DNA from: Nemertoderma westbladi
Taxonomy: Eukaryota; Animalia; Xenacoelomorpha
NCBI GenBank assembly: GCA_032718475.1
Contig: JAUCBJ010001683.1
Coordinates: 1 to 38,355, forward strand
Length of the DNA stretch: 38,355 nucleotides
Direction of reading: 5' to 3'
This document shows positions 22,110 through 33,473 of the stretch, piece by piece; position 1 is the first letter of the stretch; every line of letters starts with the position of its first letter. Position numbers and translations under genes: made by a program. Under the pieces are notes generated by a model. The model ran no database searches and had not been told where the DNA came from. It was given only the letters and a program-made list of their open reading frames with translations.

Positions 22110-22790
22110 TGTAATTTGATTAGGGAAATTTTGTTGCTGCGGTGGTATACAGCAAATACCTATCAGTACGTGGCAAGGGCGTGGTAGAAGGTGAGTAAAC
22201 CACCCTTTAACCTAAATGCGTGCCGGTAGCAGAAAGCTGCCCCCTTGCCTGATCAAATACGTTGGACTCAGTCAAACTGTAAGGCCTACAGTGCTAACCG
22301 GTACTGTACCACTTGTACGGCAAATCACCAAATTAAAGAGCGTGCTATTTGCACCTAGCGTACTTGCGCGTACTAACAAACAGCATCAGCTTGCACCTGT
22401 AAGCGATACAGGTTGACCGAGGGGTTTCTGTCTGAATCGGAAGTATTTGTTCCTACACTTAGCGGCTTCCCAGGATGGCGTCACACATTCCCCTGATTGG
22501 TGGGCTTACGGCGGGCAAGGGTGTCAAACAAAGTCTTACCTCCTCTGGCATGGGCGCTCTCAGGCAATCGAGTCATGGTTCAAATGGGCGTGGGCGAAAT
22601 GGTGTGGGTTCCTTTATGCGATGTGGACATCCCTCCCCCTTGCGTTGCTGTGGCCTAAGATTTAGGCAGCCATTCCTCAAAGCGTTTGGCTGTTCAAGGT
22701 AGATATGCTAAAAGCTACATGTTCTGAGTTTGCAGTATATTTTAACCAAGTAACCAAATGATTTATCGAATTAAACTAAATAACTTTACA
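22110..22790 (-). repeat. Probable 5' LTR of the minus-strand element (distal end uncertain)
   Basis: Begins TGTAA at 22110 next to the PBS; possible TTACA end at 22786-22790. No second LTR in the window to confirm. Confidence 0.35.
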
Positions 22791-23084
22791 AATCAGAGTA
22801 ACAAAGTAACTAAAGTATAAGCTAGAATAAGTTTAGATTGGTAGTTAGTAAGTGATAAGTAGTGATAACTAGTGATAACCGAAGTGCAAACGGCACCTTA
22901 TATAGGAAATCCTAAGCATAGAATCGCACTAGAACATTCTCCCTCATTTCATAGGCTCGCATTGGACCAATAAATTATTAAACACCTATGATTGGCCCAA
23001 CTAATCAGTTCATTTGTTGTACGCACTCCACTGTCTTATCTAAACTTAGCGAAACAGAAATTTGCACAAAAAAAATGTAAATTT

Positions 23085-23156
23085 ACCAACCCAGATTCGA
23101 ACTCTCGACCTATCTCATATGTAACCTGCGCGCTAACCTACTGGGTCACTGGACTA
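23085..23156 (-). other. tRNA-like fragment (SINE head or pseudo-tRNA)
   Basis: Minus strand: gtccagtgacccagtaggttagcgcgcaggttacatatgagataggtcgagagttcgaatctggg, with box A and box B (GTTCGAATC) but poor stem pairing. Confidence 0.5.
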
Positions 23157-23331
23157 CTATCACTTACTACTATCAGTAGTAAACTTGTGCCAAAAATATA
23201 CTAGATATAGGCAATATATGAATTTATAACAAAACTGTGAAAGCAAGGCAAAATATGTTGGATTTTAAAAGTTTTTTACATAGTATTAATATACAAACAG
23301 CTACCTTAACAGTGAAATAATTCCATAAAAT

Positions 23332-23440
23332 ATCAATACGAATCAAATACATATCAAATACATATCTAATACGTATCAAATACGTATCAAATACGAATTA
23401 AATATGTATCAAATATAAATACGAATCAAATATGTATCAA
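23332..23440 (+). repeat. 10-bp minisatellite (AATACGTATC-like)
   Basis: About 10 degenerate copies: aatacgaatc, aaatacatatc, aatacgtatc, aatatgtatc. Confidence 0.85.
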
Positions 23441-23649
23441 GAGGCTGTCATGAGATTACTTCTACATGTACGAAATACAATTGAATGAGGGTCGAATTCA
23501 TGTCTAATTCGAACTGTCGACACTGATGTTTTTTAATAGCCATTGTCACGGTAGCTACAGTAGCTAGATCTTAGAGTAAACAGGCGGCTGGTTACCAAGT
23601 GGGTGATACAAGTAGTATAGAGCCAGGATACCAGGACAGTTAGACCTAA

Positions 23650-23815
23650 CTTACACCTTTTTCGTGCCAAGAACACCTAAGGTGTTAATCCTATTGTTAA
23701 GGTGTTAATCCCTTAATCTCTTACACCTTTTTCGTGCCAAGAACACCCAAGGTGTTAATCCTATTGTTAAGGTCTTAATCCCTTAATCTCTCAAACCATT
23801 TCTATGCCAAAACAC
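23650..23815 (+). repeat. ~70-bp subterminal tandem repeat in the TIR (mirrored at ~28100-28265)
   Basis: cttacacctttttcgtgccaagaacacc.aaggtgttaatcctattgttaaggt.ttaatcccttaatct twice, plus a degenerate partial third copy. Confidence 0.85.
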
Positions 23816-25104
23816 CTAGTGCATTAATTCTAGTGTTCACAGTGTTAATTCCAATTGGATTGGTAATAATCTTTTGTATACCTCACACATAAAATCGTAA
23901 CTAATCTTTTGTTGATACTTATTTCAAGCACACGTATAGTAAAGAGCAATCGTAACACTTACACATTCAACAAAACCTAATTTTGTTATTCAACTAATTT
24001 TGGTGTCATGAATTCTCTGTTTTCTTCAAACATCAAGGTATGACTAATCTTTTAGTAATTATTATTTCATTTCACAGCTTTTGCAAATAGCAATTCATTC
24101 CTACACATTTACATAATTTTTTTAATATAATATTTTTGGTTATTTACTCGTATTTAATTTATTAAATTTTGTTATAGTATAGTAAAGATTTTTTAGTAAA
24201 TTCCACTCTTACATAAAACTAAATTTCAATCATAATTTTTGCTTCTACTTTTGACGAATGCCACACATACAACTAAATATATTTTTTTAGACATTCCAAA
24301 AAATAAACTTTTGTTATACTAGTAAATATCATTTTTAGTAAATTTCGCTCATAATTTTTGCATTTCTATTTTTTGCGAATGCCTCACAACTAAACAAAAT
24401 TTTTTGGACATACAAACATAAAAGCATTACTAACAATGCTTTTGGTTGTATAAAATCTGGCAAATGAAAATACAAATACCGCTTTTTCTTTGATCTATTC
24501 AATTTCAATACCATCAAAGGATTCACCAATTCTGACACACAATAATGCAAATGCCGCTTTTTCTTTGATATTTTTAATTACAATGCTTTCAACCTAATGA
24601 TAATCTCTCGAAACTATGCAAAATATTATATTCAAAAAATGAATATTTTATAAAAGATTAATAAGAAAGGATTATTTCTCCAGTCATTATGGCACCAACA
24701 GTCTATTTTTAACCCATTTGTAATGAAACCTCTCTCACTTGGTCAACTAGATTTCTTGGCTGCATCTTCATTGGTTGGTGCATTTGTTTATTCTCATCCC
24801 TATGCAACCTTGTACATTATGATAAAACATCACCACAAATTTTTGCATTCAACTTAACAACTTCATTATAGTGTAAATTGTTTCCCTTAATTTATTTTAC
24901 ATAATTTAATATTATCACACTTGAATTATTCATCATCAACTCACTTTCAAATAGTCATCACTTTCAAGTCTTTACTTCAATCTCAACCATCTTAATCTAC
25001 AACAATAACTGAACTCAAACCTCAACTACAAAAAAAATATTTTTATTTGTCACTGTTTACTGAAAACTTACTACAACGAAAAATCAACTTTTAAAAAAGC
25101 CACA

Positions 25105-26748
25105 ATGGAAATTATCGCTTGTCCTATTTGCGAAAATGAGATGAGATCAGATAATCTCAATCGCCATCTTCAATCTCATTTCATACAATATCAATGCGAC
25201 AACTGCCACGCCTTCACATCGGAAAAGAAAACGGCCATTACTCATCTATCGATTTGTCAAGAAGGAGGAACTGGCTTTACGTTTGTTAATGATACAACTG
25301 ACTGTAAATGTGGGGAGACTTTCACTCTCTCTGCATTTAAACACCATTCTTGTTACACTCGGTTGTTCTCACGCAAACGTAAAAATAAAGATGCTATTCA
25401 ACCTGCAACTCCATCTCCAAACCATACATCGACACCAACTAATCAAAGTAGAGCTGGACCTTCTTCTTCTTCTTCTTCCTCAAATCAGCTCGAGGAAATT
25501 GTTCAGAACTCTGCACACAACAGGTTGTTTGAATACTCAAATAAACTAACAACAGCTCATCTAGATATAGAAGACACATTAAACAATAAAAAGCCACATA
25601 TTTGGGGGAGGGTAAGTCAACATATGACAGGTTTAGGGGTTTTTATTAAAGTTTGGCTATCAATTTTTTTAATTTTCGAACGGGAACAAAGTGATGGGGT
25701 CCAAATGGAAACATTTTGTTTCAAATCCTCTGGGGAAAATAATGAAATTTTATCAGAATATAACTTTTGATTGTTGGTACCAAAATGCTGTTGGTAGGAT
25801 GATAGATGAGCTTGTTGCTAGTTATCTAACAACTAACGAAAATGAGATTTCACTATCTGACAATTCATTTGGGTTCTATTTCGACTCCTCAAACAAAAAA
25901 TTTCCACTTACTGTCAACACTTTTCGAAATCAACCTATTCGCATTCCTTCTCATTATGCTAATTTCATAATGAGGGCCTGTTATCAGTTGAAAGATGGAG
26001 TCTATCAGTCTTCAGATGAAGCAATTTACTATCCAACAAAAAATTGCTTCAAGATGCAAAAGATAAAAGATGTTGTATCTTTCTGTATTCCCTCTATTGA
26101 GGAAACTTTCATAATTCCTTCTTCAATTTCTACCTTCATTCGTGAAAACCATGATCATGAAAGTTTTGAAAAATTGCATTCAAAATCCAAAATTCAAAAT
26201 GAAAAATTGCAAAAAAGCTACATTTTCTGTGGATAACTCACTTTTCGATTTTCATGCAAATAAAAAATCAATGGTTCTCCTTGTTTGGAATTACAAACCT
26301 ACAATCAACAAAGATAACAATCACGAATGTAGAATATTCAAAATATATGGTGTGGGTGGATATTATTTCTTTATGGAAGAAAATGAATGAGCTAATTTGT
26401 GTATACGACAAAAACACCGAATTGCATTTTGGTTTTAATTTTAAAGTTGCACCATCATCCAACAGTGATCCATCTTCCTACACTGATACAGTCATTCTAA
26501 CAGATACCATCAATGGAGGTTGGTTACCTATCTCATGTAGAGCTATCAGCCTTCTTCGTCATTACCTCAATGTCTGTCGTCCATTCATCAATGACCAAAT
26601 GCATTTTATTCTCCATCCTGGCAATTATGTTGCCTTTGACAGTTCAACATTTGGCTACATTACAAATCTCCAACAAGAAAGAAATGTCGCCATTGCCTCA
26701 GGGATAAAAGTCGATGCTGATAAAGTAATAATTTCACTTGATGAATAA
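25105..26748 (+). pseudogene. Frameshifted ~546-aa gene: N-terminal zinc fingers, region resembling a Polinton pPolB N-terminal extension, unknown C-terminal half
   Basis: CPICENEMRSDNLNRHLQSH and CDNC...H...C fingers. ORFs starting 25105, 25691, 26142 and 26254 step successively +1 in frame, with plausible shifts at short T/A runs (~25765, ~26213, ~26250). Confidence 0.65.
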
Positions 26749-29660
26749 ATATTACTAACTCCAGATGAAGTAAACAAGTTAACATTTGATGTTGATGATG
26801 CAGTTGAATTCTTTCGTAGATTAGTCGTTTAGTGAAATAGTGAAATCTCATTTTCTTTAGTTGTTAGATTCATGATTGAGAATGAGTTTTTTGTGAATTA
26901 TTTAAAATAATTATTGAAATCAATTTCTATAATTCAGTTATTGTTGCAGAATAACTTGGTTGAGATTGAAGTAAAGACTTGAAAGTGATGACTATTTGAG
27001 AGTGAGTTGTTGATGAATAATACAAGTATGATAATATTAAATTATGTAAAATAAATTAATGGAAACAATTTATACTATAATGAAGTTAAGTTGAATGCAA
27101 AGTGGTGATGTTTTATTAGTATATGGTCGCATAGTGATGTGAATAAACAGATGCAACAACCAATGAAGATGCAGCCAAGAAATCTAGTTGACCAATTGAG
27201 AGAGGTTTCATTACAAATGGGTTAAAAATAGACTGTTGGTGCCAAAATGACTGGAGACATAATCCTTTCTTAATCTTTTATAAAATATTCATTTTTTGAA
27301 TAGAATATTTTGCATAGTTTCGAGAGATTATCATTAGGTTGAAAGCATTGTAATTAAAAATATCAAAGAAAAAGCGGCATTTGCATTATTGTGTGTCAGA
27401 ATTGGTGAATCCTTTGATGGTATTGAAATTGAATAGATCAAAGAAAAAGCGGTATTTGCATTTTCATTTGCCAGATTTTATACAACCAAAAGCATTGGTA
27501 GTAATGCTTTTATGTTTGTATGTCCAAAAAATTTTGTTTAGTTGTGAGGCATTCGCAAAAAATAGAAATGCAATTTACTCAAAATTATATTTACTAGTAT
27601 AACACAAGTTTATTTTTTGGAATGTCTAAAAAAATATATTTAGTTGTATGTGTGGCATTCGTCAAAAGTAGAAGCAATTATTATGAGTGAAATTTAGTTT
27701 TATGTATGAGTGGAATTTACTAAAAAATCTGTACTATACTATAACAAAAATTAAAAAATTAAATACGAGTAAATAACCAAAAAAATTTATTTAAAAAATT
27801 ATGTAAATGTGTAGGAATGAATTGCTATTTGCAAAAGCTGTGAAATGAAATAATAATTACTAAAAGATTAGTCATACCTTGATGTTTGAAAAAACAGAGA
27901 ATTAATGACACCAAAATTAGTTGAATAACAAAATTAGGTTTTGTTGAATGTGTAAGTGTTATGATTGCTCTTTACTATACCTGTGAAATGAAATAAGTAT
28001 CAACAAAAGATTAGTTACGCTTTTATGTGTGAGGTATACAAAAGATTATTACCAATCCAATTGGAATTAACACTGTTAATGCACTATAATTAATGCACTA
28101 GGTGTTTTGGCATAGAAATGGTGTGAGAGATAAAGGGATTAAGACCTTAGCAATAGGATTAACACCTTGGGTGTTCTTGGCACGAAAAGGTGTAAGAGAT
28201 TAAGGGATTAACTCCCTAACAATAGGATCAACACCTTAGGTGTTCTTGGCACGAAAAAGGTGTGAGTTAGGTCTAACTGTCCTGGTATCCTGGCTCTCTA
28301 TACTACTGATACAGTTTGTTAGGTAGAGGTCTGTTTTAACTGGTTCTGTAGGGGACGGATGTTTCAGTCCTGGACATTGCTGGGGAAAACTAGCTTCTTG
28401 TCTTTGCATCAATGTACAGTATAATATGATATATCTGTTGGCGGATCCATTCTCTGCACGCCACCTAGCGAGAGAATGGGGGACAGAGTGCTTTACGAAT
28501 CATACCCAGGAATGCAATATCCAATACCCAGTATGATATTGCAAACCGAAAAGGAATGAGGCAATGTGGTACTAGGTTGGAGATAGTTAATAACTCATCT
28601 CAGGGAGGAAGCTAGCATCATGCCAAAGGGAACAGGGAGTGGCAGGGGGAGAAAACCAACCAATAGCGGGGCAGCACATGGCCAGTAAATGCATATCTAT
28701 TGGTAGGTCGATGTGTAGGTAGGACTGTGTTATATGTTTTCCATGCAATCTGTATAAATTACCATTTACCAACATTAATTGTGTTCAGTTGGCTATTAAT
28801 TACTATGGAAGTCGGATGGTTTTGACCATCGTCGCCCGTGCTACATACTGAATGTGCTTTACCAGTACTTATATATATCAGCTATTATTAACAACGATAA
28901 ACCATTAAACTCTTTTACTTATACCGGCTCATGGCCTTTCAACTGCAATGTGGCAACGCGTACTTAACACGACACAAAATACACTGGTCAGGATCCTGTG
29001 CCAACTCAGATACCGTCACAGTCAAAATCAATGAGTCAAAAACCCAGACAAAAGTGACAAAAACATCAGTGATGCAGACAACATGCCAGCAATGAGCGAA
29101 CAATGAGAGACGCCCCAGAGTTCAGAGAGAGGAGGGAGTTTGCTGCAGTCTCCTAGTGACAGGGACGCAACGATTAGGGAGGCAGCAACGATGTGGTACC
29201 AGCCCACCACACCGTATTCGCCGAAAGATGACGGTTCGGTTAGAGTGGAGGAAGGCGGACGGGCACACAACGGAGAACACGAGTCGACACGAGACATGAG
29301 CGGCGAGATGACTACCGGGGTCATCAGCCAACCAGTGGCTACAGGTGGCGAGCGGCCCACCGGAACGGCAATGGATGGGCCGACGGTACGATGTCAAACG
29401 AGACGAGGAGACCAGGATGTTTAAGAGGAGGACGAGGACGAGTGATCATTTATGATGAGGGTACATCGCTAACCGAAGGATCCTCAATGACGTCAGGAAG
29501 GGAGGAAAGGTAGATCAACCCAAACTAGACAGCAAACTGGGTGAGTGCGATAAACACTTTCATTATTTAGCCCGATTTGGGCAGGGTGAGTTAGTGAACG
29601 CCTTTTTAGTTAGTTAGAGAGGTCGCCACCGAACTGATTGAATTATGGTGATCGGGGATA

Positions 29661-32535
29661 GTGCCATACAGTAGAGTGTACATAGGACCCTATCTGGTAG
29701 ATACGCAAGGGATTAAGTTAGTGGGATGGGCGAGCTCGAACGACACCGAGCCCGAGGTAAATCCGGAGGATTTGGTGTTGTCCATCAGTAGAACCACGGA
29801 TGCCACAAGTAAACATGATAAAAGTAGTAAAGCCGGCAGGCGACGGGAGTACATCGCAACCGAAAAGTCTGCTACATCCTCCGCAAAAGCAAGAAGGGTG
29901 TTAGAAATAGATCTGGTGTGTCAGTTGGACATGGTTGCGTTGGACAAAAAGGAGTTAGAGAGGCAGTTGGAAGAGGGGACTGCGTTGTTAGAAAGGGGAA
30001 GGGAGTTAGTGAAAGAGTGTAAAGACAGGGCCGAGAAAGCGGTGAGAGAGTGTAGTGAGAGGGCTGCGAGGGAAGCCGAAAGGGTTGAGAGAGAGGTGAA
30101 CGAGTGTAAAGAGCGAGATGCAAGGGAAGCCGAGAGGATTAAGAGAGAGGCAGAGTTGGTAGACCAGAGTATTAGAGAGGATAGGAAAAGAGAGATGGCT
30201 GGGAAGATATTGCGGGATGATATGCATACCCGGTTGAGGGTTTAATGGAGTATCAGGCGAAACAAAAGCGCTGATTAGAACTGGCGAAATTCGGTTTATC
30301 AGAGAGTGAGGCTGGTTCGAGAAGTATTGGTTCGGGAAACTTTTGTTAATACCCCACTTACTGGGACTGGACAGACCGGAACACAAGCCTGGTGTAACCG
30401 GACGGATGGGAGGGGGGGGGGGGGGGGGGGGGGTGTAACGACATTATGTTTAATGACAATATTAATATTAATAATACCGTACTTGATAATCCTAATACCA
30501 ACAAGGAAAATAACAGAGGAAATAATGTTTTAATAAATAATGATAATATTAATACTGGCAATAAATTCTTCGGAAGGAGAACAGTAGGGTTCATGCTGGA
30601 GGTCGAAATGAGATCTCATGAACGTATATATAATGCAGGAAATGAAGGATGTGAGGGGGGGGGGGCAAAAGGGATAAGCGAGAAAACGTTGCTACGGGCA
30701 ACCAGAGGTGTCGAGATAGGACGGACAGCGAACCGTTGATAGTTGAAGTGGAGGGAGAGAACTGGTGGGGCCATACTTCGGGAGATTGCTGTCGCCCCGA
30801 AGGAACACTGCCTGGCAATGTATACTACACACCGGGAGAGGGGTATAGAATATATCGAGAGGAAGAAGATGAGATTAGAAGATGTGATCAAAGGGAGACT
30901 TCCCGTCGGAATGTAACTGCCGATCGAAAATATTACCGAGGAAATCTCGGAATATTCGAGAAGATTAAACTTCGGTCCAGAGGACCACATTCAGACTGCA
31001 GGACATACTGTAGGCCTTACTGAACATACTATAGGCCATGCTGGGAGAGGTAGTGTAGGGGATAGTGTAGCGCAAATGCCAGGTTTAGATCCAGAAGTCG
31101 CGGCTTACATAACAGTGAGTAGGCAAGAACCTGCTAGGCCTATACCGGTACCTGCAAACCAGTATGACTATAATATGGAAGGATATAATATATACCCAGG
31201 GGAAGGGGGGTGGGGGTTATTGCAGATAAGTGTATAGGTCCCAATAATGACATCAACCCCAGTGCAGAATGTAACACCGGTGGGGGGGGGGGGGGGGGGG
31301 GACAGGATAATACTCTGTATCTGCAATACACACAACCAAGTAAAATAAAAATTACTACCCTCTCAGATCCGAATAAATCATGTGACATCGAGATATGGAG
31401 GGGACCATTGCCCCCAATGATATATCCTACACAAGGAAAGTCAAAAACCTGGGAGGCAAAGCATCGTCAGTATGTAAGGATCCTGCATCCGTACCATCAA
31501 ATGCATTGGAAAATCAGGCAGTGGGAATGGCAACACTCATCGACGTGCTAAAAACTAGGATAGAGCTACCACCAGTGGAGCCTTTCAAGTTTGATGGTAG
31601 TAAGCCGGAGGAATATCTGCAGTTCTGGAGTATGTATAGCAATGAAACACTTACAAAGAATCTGACACAAGCGGAGTGCCTTAAGTATTTAAAAGTTTAT
31701 ACAGAGGGGCCAGGCTATGATATTCTAAGGCAATATCAGGGAATCGAAGGAGTTTTTACAGCAGCGTGGAGAGCCCTGGATAGGGAATTTGGCCATCCAG
31801 CGAAGATCATCCAAAAAACCTGAAGGGGAATAACATCAGGCGGTCTCGCGGATAACCTTCGCCACCAGAATAGAGAAGGCATTGATAGTTTTAAAGATGC
31901 TAGAGGCACCGTACAAACTTAATGCTTCAAGCAAAATCACAACAATAGCGCGGGCACTACTGACATGGTTAAGGAATAAATGGAGAAAGATCGCTTGCTC
32001 CACTCGAGAAAAGATGGGTGCGGAGCAACGGTTGGAAGAAATGTCGTACTTCCTTAACTATGAGGCGGAATTTATAACGGATCCAGTATACATCGAGGAG
32101 AGTCTCGTTAAGGTACCGAAACTGGAATACAACCGACCTAAGCCGGAACAAAGCGCTGCAGATGCACTTCCGAGGGTGAGGCAATCGCTGCCATATGCAA
32201 CAGTACAGGGGACTTCTAGTCCACAGAGCACTGAAAACAAAATCACTTCTTGGCAGGGCCAAAGGCAGAACAACTATAGTTGCTACAGAGGAAACAACAC
32301 CCATGGGGCGGGCATATGCCACCAGAACAATAAACCATCCGAGTTGGACCTGGATGAAATACGTGAAACACTATATAGAGAGGGTTATAATCCAAACTAC
32401 AAGTGTCAGCTGCATAGAAATGGTATGCATAAGACCATTGATTGCAACCAGTGGCAGGCATTGCTGAAGGAAGACCGATTAGCTTATACAGGGAAGTTTG
32501 GACTATGTGATATATGCACGGTAGGAGGACATAAG
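29661..32535 (+). mobile_element. Second BEL/Pao element, decayed gag region
   Basis: Coiled coil (29661-30245); DUF1759-type PFKFDGSKPEEYLQFW...LKYLKVYTEG...AWRALDREFGHP; WLRNKW...FLNYEAE...DPVY; Cys/His knuckles CQLH...H...C and GLCDIC...GH. Confidence 0.85.
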
Positions 32536-32969
32536 ACTACTACTAGGATCGGCATGCTGCATTGCAGCTGCATTTTTAAGAATGCTGTGCTGGCTTATCG
32601 ACAAAATTGCACCGCCACAACTCCCTATCACCCTAGATCATCCGCATCTTCAAGGCCAGTGTCCTTTAAGATGCGTCTCAAGAAAGTCATGGGCTGTCCA
32701 CCATGCTTATTCACTCCATGAGGCTGCCAAAGTACAAGATTATGCACTGGCTGGTCCTCACGGCGAAAGCAATGTCCTGCAAAGCGGGGGCGATTTTGTT
32801 CTAGTGTCAAGCTTGGGGGAACCATTGAGACACCTCCAATGTTATATATTGTCTGGTTGGAGATGTGTGCATTGTACTTGACACAATGAACCCGGCGTAG
32901 CATTCTTGTGAATGTGCCATCCAGAGATTTGGTGTCCTCAGCAGTTAGAGCCCAGCATGGACTATTCAT
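32536..32969 (-). mobile_element. RTE-clade LINE, 3' fragment
   Basis: CWALT...LDGTFTRMLRR...RFAGHCFRR...LVLWQP...DTGL is typical of an RTE ORF2 C-terminus; (TAG)n-like tail at ~32536-32545. Confidence 0.8.
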
Positions 32970-33473
32970 ACATAAACAAAATGTTCCAGAACATCGTTTA
33001 TTTATTTAATAGAATAAATGGCCTTCAGCGAAGGATAATTATTGCAATCTTTGAACGCCTATATCTCAGCTGTTTCTCAACGAAATTCAGATATTGTTAC
33101 ATATTTGGAATCCTTGCAACGCAAGCTTTTTAATGATATGGAAAAATTACGACTAATGTGAAGAATGGCCACGAAACGGAGGGTGCGATTTTGCAAAAGA
33201 CACTTTTTAAAACTCTTATAAAAAAATTTAAAGGCAAAATCGAAAATTCCGGATTCATGGGGTCATCGACGGTGAGTGGAACTAGTTATGTTTAAAATTT
33301 CAAGCAATATGATAAAGATTTGTAGAAAAATCTGGGGGGGGGGGGGAGGTGTCATCAGAAAATGACACTATATTACGGGACATGGTGTATAATTGTATGA
33401 TTCTATTTAATAGTTCTACTGTTGTTGTGGCTGTTAGTTCGTTTCCTTGACTTTGGAGAACTCATGTCAAAGA

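Larger units (their letters stand above)
23611..28307. mobile_element. Polinton/Maverick-like non-autonomous mini-element (4697 bp)
   Basis: Termini AGTAGTATAG...CTATACTACT; exact 6-bp TSD GATACA (23605-10 and 28308-13); TIRs ~23611-25013 and ~26933-28307. Confidence 0.85.
23544..29020 (+). repeat. Probable LTR (~774 bp net) split by the Polinton-like insertion
   Basis: Starts TGTCACGGTA (23544) and ends TACCGTCACA (29020), a 9/10 inverted match with TG..CA. TATA-like motif at ~28870 and ATTAAA at ~28904. No clean TSD or PBS. Confidence 0.45.

Noticed and set aside
23611-28307. Assembly fold-back artefact explaining the 1.4-kb inverted repeat
   Set aside because: The arms differ by many substitutions and indels and are bounded by an exact 6-bp TSD with AGTAGT termini.
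30400-31300. Poly-G tracts as G-quadruplex regulators or poly-Gly/Pro genes
   Set aside because: They are homopolymer runs in decayed gag; their lengths are unreliable and the overlapping ORFs are shadow frames.
32975-33390. Tc1/mariner-like MITE ending ...tattacgggacatggtgTA
   Set aside because: Only one plausible end; no matching left TIR was found.
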